From: a virus
Taxonomy: Duplodnaviria > Caudoviricetes
Direction: 5' to 3' (one strand)
IMG/VR virus record: IMGVR_UViG_3300019360_000004
Span: 1 to 53,840 of that record
Length of the DNA: 53,840 nucleotides
The notes beneath the pieces are model-generated. The model saw only the letters and a list, made by a program, of their open reading frames with translations. It ran no database searches and was not told the origin of the DNA. A program made the translations under genes and the position numbers. Positions 48,047-53,840 of this stretch are shown in pieces; the stretch's first letter is position 1; each line of letters begins with the position of its first letter.

Positions 48047-48670
48047 CTAGGCCCATTCAGGCATGGGCCGCTCAATCACCCGGACGACGACCACGGGGCC
48101 GCGTCCATAGTAGTACCGCGAACCGGACTGGAAGCGGGACTCGCGCCGCCGCTTCTGCGCCTCGGCCTCCGCGGCCTCCCGGGAGGTGAACTTGCCGATA
48201 AGCTCGGCTTCCTCCTCTCCCCAGCCGCGGTCGGCTGTAACCACCACGACCTCGTAGCGGTCAAGGCGAACCTCGCGGAGGATGCCGAGATGGGCCCGGA
48301 GGTACGCCCTCTCATGAACACAGGTACAGATGTACTCTGTCCTGTTTTCAAAATATGAGAGGGCGTGTACCCCGGTGCCGCGGCAGCTCTGGCAACGCGG
48401 GTGGGCGCGGGCGAGTACCGCGCGGTCCACGGCACTGTAACTCATCCAGTGCCCGTGGCCGTAGGTAATTTCCTTCCCAGTGGAGGTCAAGACGACAAAG
48501 TCGTCATCCGGCAGCACCAGCTGCCGGGGGGTGCTCGGCTTCATCTCGCGGATGAAGCTGGGGCCCGTGGCGAGGTTGTGCCTCCACCAGAGAACCTGCA
48601 CCCCGATATGCCTCCGAAGAGCATCGACGACTTTTTCGCTGACTTGCGTCCCGTTTGCATACGTGGCCAT
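48047..48670 (-). CDS. Hypothetical protein with zinc-finger motif
   Basis: CQSCRGTG...CTCV; AGGAGG RBS. Confidence 0.6.
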   Translation of the reverse strand: MATYANGTQVSEKVVDALRRHIGVQVLWWRHNLATGPSFIREMKPSTPRQLVLPDDDFVVLTSTGKEITYGHGHWMSYSAVDRAVLARAHPRCQSCRGTGVHALSYFENRTEYICTCVHERAYLRAHLGILREVRLDRYEVVVVTADRGWGEEEAELIGKFTSREAAEAEAQKRRRESRFQSGSRYYYGRGPVVVVRVIERPMPEWA

Positions 48671-48831
48671 ATTGGCCTCCTGTGTGGCGATTGAGTTGGA
48701 CGTTCTACGGCGTCAGTCACGTACGTATCTCCTGCCTCGCTCGCTCCAGACAACCGGGAACGAGCGCATGCGCGTGAGTGATTCGCCGCCGACACGCCAC
48801 CGTAGCGTCAGCGCCCGCTTGGTTGGTATCC

Positions 48832-49164
48832 CTAGCGTTGGACCGAGCCAATAGGCTCACCTCGACAGGGTATCTGTCGAGAATGAATGGCCGTTTTGTA
48901 GCCGGCATAGACCTCTGCCGCCTCGACGGCAGAGCTACAGACGTAGCGGCGACCTACCCACGCTGGGGTGTCTAGCCGGTCGCGAAACGGATTGTATCCG
49001 TAGGAACTCGGATCATCGTCGTAGGTCTCCGGAACAACCCAGCCACATTCCACCACGAGCCCCTCTAGGGGACGGTGACAGATAAGCGCATAGACATCTC
49101 GCCGCCGGAAGCCAAATGATTTGCCTACCGGAAGAGCGCGGACAGTGTCCAACGTGGTGCTCAT
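48832..49164 (-). CDS. Hypothetical protein
   Basis: AAGGGAG RBS and ATG. Confidence 0.55.
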   Translation of the reverse strand: MSTTLDTVRALPVGKSFGFRRRDVYALICHRPLEGLVVECGWVVPETYDDDPSSYGYNPFRDRLDTPAWVGRRYVCSSAVEAAEVYAGYKTAIHSRQIPCRGEPIGSVQR

Positions 49165-49231
49165 TTTCTTCTCCCTTGCAGTGATGATTGGATGCGCGGG
49201 GGCACTCGCTGTCCCCGCACTGGTGAACTAA

Positions 49232-50101
49232 TTAGGTGATGTGTTGTGTCAGGTAGGCATCCACGGCCTGGGCCGTAGGATCCTTGTCGTAGAGCCAACG
49301 ACCTACGCCGAATTTTGCCGCAGCCCGTTTAAAGGCCATGGCTTCGGCATTTGACGTTGAGTCTCCGTAGCCGTCAACCTCCTCCTCTTCCTGCCCCGTG
49401 GCTTCGCGGACAATCAGGCCCTCGAGACAAGGAATGGTGAGCCGATAGGTAATCACACAAGCAGTCCCAACACGCTCGATACGCTCTACGGTGCCTTGCC
49501 AGCCGGGCGCGTAGGCATCGAGTACTTTGGCGACGGTTGTCCAATGCAGATATGCAATTTGTGCGGATTTGCCACTTTTTGCCCGGAGCGTCTTCGTGGC
49601 GATACACGCGGCGGGTAAAGGACGGCTGAGGTCGGTCACAATGGTACGAATACTGCGATGATTACTGCCCCATGCGGCGTGAGAAACGTTGGGCGTGGTG
49701 GGTGGTGGTGACGTGAGTGGTATAGACGTCGGGTCTGGCTCAGAGAGCGGGGTTTGGCCATTGATCGCATGCGGGGTTTGTTGTTGCTGCTGGAGAAAGA
49801 CATGAGCATGCTTATACAGCCCCGCTGCGATGCGATGGGCGCAGCGGCCCGCCGGTGCCTGATACCGTGCGTCGTCACACAGACACGATCCGTCCGGACG
49901 GATCGTGTGAAACTTGCCGGGTTCGGAGCGACTGGCGACCACCAGCTGCTCATCGGCGTTTTCTGCCACCTGGCCATCACGCACCAGGACAATGGCCGAT
50001 TCCATGCGATCCCCGACTAACTCGGGGAATCGCTGTTGGAGCGTGCGAGCACACGCATACACGGCGTGCTCCCAGCGTTCAGTCGGAGTTGCGATTGCCA
50101 T
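49232..50101 (-). CDS. Rad52/Rad22-like ssDNA annealing protein with N-terminal SWIM finger
   Basis: CLCDD..CAH; YLHW..LDAYAPGW; AEAMAFKRAAAKFGVGRWLY. Confidence 0.85.
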   Translation of the reverse strand: MAIATPTERWEHAVYACARTLQQRFPELVGDRMESAIVLVRDGQVAENADEQLVVASRSEPGKFHTIRPDGSCLCDDARYQAPAGRCAHRIAAGLYKHAHVFLQQQQQTPHAINGQTPLSEPDPTSIPLTSPPPTTPNVSHAAWGSNHRSIRTIVTDLSRPLPAACIATKTLRAKSGKSAQIAYLHWTTVAKVLDAYAPGWQGTVERIERVGTACVITYRLTIPCLEGLIVREATGQEEEEVDGYGDSTSNAEAMAFKRAAAKFGVGRWLYDKDPTAQAVDAYLTQHIT

Positions 50102-50161
50102 GGAATTACTCCTGTGTTTCTAGGCTCCACGCCGCGTGGAGCCTAGGTATTCTCCGATCTT

Positions 50162-50638
50162 TTAATAAATCGTTGTGCCATCTGCACGGTGTATTCTCAC
50201 CCCTACTACGCACTCCATGCCACCAAGGTTTTCAGCGGTCATAGTGCAGGCATGCCCTTGCACCTCGATGGCAATAACGGGGGCGATGATCTGTGCGGTG
50301 GGGGCATCGATGGATGCCACCCCATACGTCACCGCGTCCAGAGGATATGACGCGGTCGCGACACGGCATTCTGCGACACAGTCCTCGCACACGAGGATCT
50401 GCATGTCAGGCTCCACCGTGTAGGAAGCCTCGCAGAGCCGGCAATCCCGGGTGACCCACGTATGTGGGTCTGTGCAAGCGCGCCAGTCCATCGCCACGGG
50501 GGACCACCGTTGCCACCGGGTGACCTCCCGGGAGGTCACCCGACCATTCCAGGTATAGTCCACATGTTCCACCACGGAGCGAAACTGCTGGCCGTGCATC
50601 TCCATCGTCATCGTCCCCCCCTTATCGTAGTGCATCAA
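50162..50638 (-). CDS. Hypothetical Cys-rich protein
   Basis: CRLC..CEDC. Confidence 0.5.
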   Translation of the reverse strand: MMHYDKGGTMTMEMHGQQFRSVVEHVDYTWNGRVTSREVTRWQRWSPVAMDWRACTDPHTWVTRDCRLCEASYTVEPDMQILVCEDCVAECRVATASYPLDAVTYGVASIDAPTAQIIAPVIAIEVQGHACTMTAENLGGMECVVGVRIHRADGTTIY

Positions 50639-50951
50639 TCTTTACGACCATGGTCGTATCGTAAGCATTGGTTGGGGTTCTCCCAGCCTGTGTTGTGGTG
50701 TAGTAGGTAGGGATTTGTCGTCCCCACGGATCATACAGAGGCTCAAGGAGTTCTTCTGCCCCAGCAACCGCTGCCATTTTTGTGCGATAGACCTCCTGCG
50801 GCAGGGCTTGTCGCCCGCTCCCGGTATCGATCACCCAGGAGAGCCGTTCGCCATACTCATTCAGTGTTCCCTCGAAATGCCCCGCCCGCCGGATGGTGAT
50901 CCCGGCGGCCTGGAGGCGCTGTAATCGTTTATACATCGACAACGGTTTCAT
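50622..50951 (-). CDS. Hypothetical protein
   Basis: AAGGAG RBS and ATG (MKPLSM). Confidence 0.5.
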   Translation of the reverse strand: MKPLSMYKRLQRLQAAGITIRRAGHFEGTLNEYGERLSWVIDTGSGRQALPQEVYRTKMAAVAGAEELLEPLYDPWGRQIPTYYTTTQAGRTPTNAYDTTMVVKIDALR

Positions 50952-51045
50952 AATCCATCTCCTTGGCGCATCTCCTCTCAGGAGAGGATGCATGCGGTGT
51001 CCGTCTGATCATGCTGTATGAGATCACTCGCCGTTTGGCATTGCT

Positions 51046-51387
51046 CTAGAGTCTCAAGAACTCCACAAGTTTCTCTGCCCCACTTGTGTGTAGGGCTTTG
51101 GCAATTTCCCCCCTATACTGCTCAGGAATCGCGACCGGCTGTCGATTCACCACCAGCGGAATCAGTTCAACCTGTCCCAGTGCCCGGCGGCAGGCGATTT
51201 CTTCTGCCTCCCGCTGGGGACCAAAACTGAGGCGCGTGATGGCGGGCATTCTACGGAAATCAAGGATCAGCTTCCGTTCGATACTGATGCTCTCGTCCGG
51301 CAGGGGGACGAGGGTCCACAGAAAGACTGCCTGGGTCTGTGGTGTGTTGTCCGCGAGGATTTTTCCGTCCTGTATCGTCCATTCCAT
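51046..51387 (-). CDS. Hypothetical protein
   Basis: GAGGA RBS and ATG. Confidence 0.55.
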   Translation of the reverse strand: MEWTIQDGKILADNTPQTQAVFLWTLVPLPDESISIERKLILDFRRMPAITRLSFGPQREAEEIACRRALGQVELIPLVVNRQPVAIPEQYRGEIAKALHTSGAEKLVEFLRL

Positions 51388-51399
51388 TGCGCGTTCCTC

Positions 51400-51825
51400 T
51401 TACGCCTCTCGGAGGGCGGCCAGGAATCCACCGCGTCGGGCAATCAGCGCCTTCGCTTCCCGCAGGTAGGGAGCGAGTGGCTTCTGGGTCGTCGTGTTGA
51501 TGTGCACGATGATCGCGGTGGGCAGTACTTCGTGGTCGAGGTACGTCGCCACGTCCGCCGCGAACTGCTCCCAGGGCCGGTTGCCACGGACGCTATTGCA
51601 GTGGTGACAACACGTCACCAAGTTTTCGGGGCCATTGTCGCCGCCGTGGCTGTGCGGGGTCAGGTGGTCGAGGGTCAGTTTGATGCCGTCCTCGATGCCC
51701 TGGCCGCAATAGGCGCAGGCGAGGCCGTCGCGGAGGTAAATGGCTAATCGTTTGCCTGGCCGAATCCAGTTCATCCCTTGACCCTGTCCGTTGCTTTTCT
51801 GATGACGATCCAGTATGCTATGCAC
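51400..51825 (-). CDS. HNH endonuclease
   Basis: RDGLACAYCG..LDHLTP..GG..NLVTCCHHCNS. Confidence 0.9.
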   Translation of the reverse strand: MHSILDRHQKSNGQGQGMNWIRPGKRLAIYLRDGLACAYCGQGIEDGIKLTLDHLTPHSHGGDNGPENLVTCCHHCNSVRGNRPWEQFAADVATYLDHEVLPTAIIVHINTTTQKPLAPYLREAKALIARRGGFLAALREA

Positions 51826-51884
51826 GATTGTTTCTCCTGTGCTTTCAGAGGGAATGTGAGACTCAGGAGCCCTAGGTACTGTCC

Positions 51885-52046
51885 CTACCTGGGGCTCTCC
51901 TGTGTGTGCTGTCCGACAGGTTGCTGCGGCGGGCGGGCCGCCCATTCCGCTTCGATCCTCCGGATGTGTTCGTCCTCGATGTGCTTATACCAATCGCTGG
52001 CGCCCTTCCGTTCCTGCTTGTGGCCGGTCACGTGGCCATGCTTCAC
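51885..52046 (-). CDS. Small first gene of the early operon
   Basis: GGGAGG RBS and GTG start. Confidence 0.5.
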   Translation of the reverse strand: MKHGHVTGHKQERKGASDWYKHIEDEHIRRIEAEWAARPPQQPVGQHTQESPR

Positions 52047-52062
52047 GGTGTTTTCCTCCCTG

Positions 52063-52136
52063 CGTGTTTCGCCTGTGCTCAGGCTGAGCTGCATCCTAGC
52101 AGCCTCATCAGGGGGCGAGCGTTACGCCCCGACACG
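52063..52136 (-). ncRNA. Type III hammerhead-like ribozyme with variant stem II
   Basis: CGUGUC / GGGGCG-loop-CGCCCC / CUGAUGA / hairpins / GAAACACG. Confidence 0.7.
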
Positions 52137-52325
52137 GTGTGTTGTGATGCCGGCTCGCTGTGCTATGCGTTACGCTGCGCGGGTGCCTCCAGGGTGGCCG
52201 CCGTGTGTGGCGGGCTCCCTTCGTCCCAGGGCTTGCTGTCGGGTTACGGTGCCCGGCGTCGTCTGCCTCGTGCGTCCGACCTTGCTGGTCTCGCGCTGTG
52301 CTGTTATCATTTACTGTCTGTAGTA

Positions 52326-52354
52326 AATATACCATGGTGTTCATAGAAACACAA
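52326..52354 (-). promoter_or_regulatory. Early operon promoter
   Basis: TTGTGT-17 bp-TATATT with extended TG. Confidence 0.55.
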
Positions 52355-52377
52355 GTCTGTTTTCCCAGGAGGTGCGT

Positions 52378-52602
52378 ATGCCACCCTTCCCGGATACTAC
52401 GTTAGGTCTGCGGGTCCGTGCCGCCCGTCTGCAGGTGGGTATGAGCCAGGGCGATCTCGCCCGGCGGATTGGCATGACCCAGGCAAATCTCTGCATGATC
52501 GAGCAGGGAGATACACAAAATCCCGGCGCCGGCCGGATCCGCGCGATTGCGCAGGTGCTGCATGTGAGTGCGGATTATTTGTTGGGATTGTCGGATGAGT
52601 GA
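52378..52602 (+). CDS. Xre/Cro-C1 HTH regulator
   Basis: LGLRVRAARLQVGMSQGDLARRIG...LHVSADYLLG; AGGAGG RBS. Confidence 0.9.
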   Translation: MPPFPDTTLGLRVRAARLQVGMSQGDLARRIGMTQANLCMIEQGDTQNPGAGRIRAIAQVLHVSADYLLGLSDE

Positions 52603-52649
52603 TGAGAAGAAAGGGGGGAGCCCCAGGGTCACCGTGGGCTTAGGGCTCC

Positions 52650-52907
52650 TTACTCACAATGCTTTGGTTCAAACAGGACGCACCCGAAGGTAGGGAGCAC
52701 CCGCAGGCGTGCGGCAAAGCCGCTTCCATCTGTGACGACGGCAGGCTCCTGGAGGGCAGCCATCGTGTGCTCATGCTCGTGCGCATTGCCGTGGATGATC
52801 CGCGCGCAATAATGGTGCTCGGATTCATAGACCTCGTTCTAGTCTGTGCTATGCACATAAATCCCTTCATGGGCTCCAAAGAAACGACAGTCAACACACT
52901 GCTGCAT
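52650..52907 (-). pseudogene. Cys-rich small gene interrupted by in-frame TAG
   Basis: AAGGAG RBS; MQQCVDCRFF..STD*NEVY..DGSGFAARLRVLPTFGCVLFE; TAG at 52839-52841. Confidence 0.65.
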
Positions 52908-52911
52908 GCGC

Positions 52912-53130
52912 CTACTCCTTAGGTTCTTGTGTGTGCGGGCGACAGCGGGGACAGGCCGTGCGATGAATCCTCAGCACGGCCTGGCAGCTAAACACCTGCG
53001 CAAGCGTCACCGCTTCCATGAGTTTCCACCGCGCCAGCGGGGTCCAGTGCCCCGGCGTGCGGACTTTGGTTCTCAGGGTATATCCTGGGGGGACCCACGC
53101 CAGCTCGTGGTCCGGACAGTAGTCAAGCAT
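52912..53130 (-). CDS. Small zinc-finger protein
   Basis: CPDH...CPRC. Confidence 0.45.
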   Translation of the reverse strand: MLDYCPDHELAWVPPGYTLRTKVRTPGHWTPLARWKLMEAVTLAQVFSCQAVLRIHRTACPRCRPHTQEPKE

Positions 53131-53366
53131 AGGTCACTTCTATCGCATTCCGTGCTGCACTCCAGCGGCAACGACGTTTCATCGTGGCGGCAACGACATC
53201 GCTATGCAGGATGGAACAGTTGGGATGGAGCCAGGGAGGAGCCGAGGGACGGGAGGCAGGGAACGATTTTTCCCTGGCGCTTCGCTTTGATTTTATAGGC
53301 AGGAAGGAAAATGTCAAGGAAATTGCCGCCGATGTTTTGCGCAAGGAACGACGTAGACTGCTTCTC

Positions 53367-53567
53367 CAAAGTTTACATAATATCGGATCGCGAAGTTTAC
53401 TAGTGGTAGTTTATGCTGGTCTACATGCATGGATTATCAAAGTTTACATAATATCGGTGTTTCTCTGAAGTCTTTTTCTTTCAAGAAGTTGTAGACGGAA
53501 AAAATGCGCATTATCAGAAGTTAAGTATTTTGCTGGTGGTTGACAGTTTCGCGTATTATCAGAAGTT
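53367..53567. repeat. Direct-repeat cluster in AT-rich non-coding region
   Basis: caaagtttacataatatcgg at 53367 and 53438; attatca(g)aagtt at 53433, 53510 and 53555. Confidence 0.75.
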
Positions 53568-53694
53568 GTGAATTGTCTTGACATCCATGAAGAGGGTTTG
53601 ACAGGCGTTTCTCTGTGTGTGTACACTAGGAGCATTGTTGTTGTAGTTTGTAGGGTATGCGATGCCCGTTCTCTCGTAGTATATAGGAGGTTGT

Positions 53695-53840
53695 ATGGCG
53701 AAGGTGATGACGATTGAAACCAAAATGCATGATGAGTGTACCCCCGGCAGTGAGGCCGAGCAGGTCTATTGTGCGGCCAAGGCCTTCGACGGGTGGGATC
53801 TGGCGAGTGTGTTTGTCACCTTAGATCCGCCGTTGCGCAC
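53695..53840 (+). CDS. Small ORF spanning the circular junction (continues at 124-163)
   Basis: AGGAGG RBS; MAKVMTIETKMHDEC...EKDGIYSL*. Confidence 0.6.
   Translation, partial: MAKVMTIETKMHDECTPGSEAEQVYCAAKAFDGWDLASVFVTLDPPLR
53718..53840. repeat. Terminal direct repeat, right copy
   Basis: Identical to 1-123. Confidence 0.97.

Noticed and set aside
50105-50160. Hairpin followed by GAAACAC as a hammerhead
   Set aside because: No CUGANGA core upstream
52150-52300. Twister-sister ribozyme suggested by GCAAGG/GCAAGCC words
   Set aside because: Could not build the required stems or cleavage-site motif by eye
36245-52907. Genome-wide stop-codon reassignment
   Set aside because: All three stop types interrupt genes sporadically, and TAG, TGA and TAA all terminate core genes normally
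53367-53567. Canonical CRISPR array
   Set aside because: Only two exact 20-bp copies, irregular spacing of the other boxes and no typical repeat ends

Overview
The window is an apparently complete, circularised ~53.7-kb tailed dsDNA phage genome with a siphovirus-like layout. Bases 1-123 are repeated exactly at 53718-53840, and an RBS-led ORF runs across the junction. The + strand from 0.2 to 31.7 kb holds packaging, head, connector, lysis (holin, SLT endolysin, lipoprotein, implying a diderm host) and tail modules, with a -1 frameshifted tail chaperone and a TP901-type tape measure. The - strand from 31.8 to 52.1 kb holds early/replication genes: C5 DNA methyltransferase, VRR-NUC, a replication initiator with internal iterons, a Rad52-like annealase and an HNH nuclease. 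I recognised no integrase, polymerase, tRNA or CRISPR array. Standout 1 is an inverted cassette at 42072-45999 (Xre-csf1-csf2-csf3-cysH) that looks like an array-less, Cas6-less type IV-B CRISPR-Cas effector module. It has no separate cas11 gene; a Cas11-like helical domain appears instead to be inserted inside Cas7/Csf2. Standout 2 is a type III hammerhead-like ribozyme with an atypical stem II in the ~270-nt leader of the early operon. Also seen: a nested alternative-frame ORF in the methyltransferase, several broken early genes, two tail-tube-like genes and several short duplications. All protein calls come from motif recognition by eye; no searches were run.
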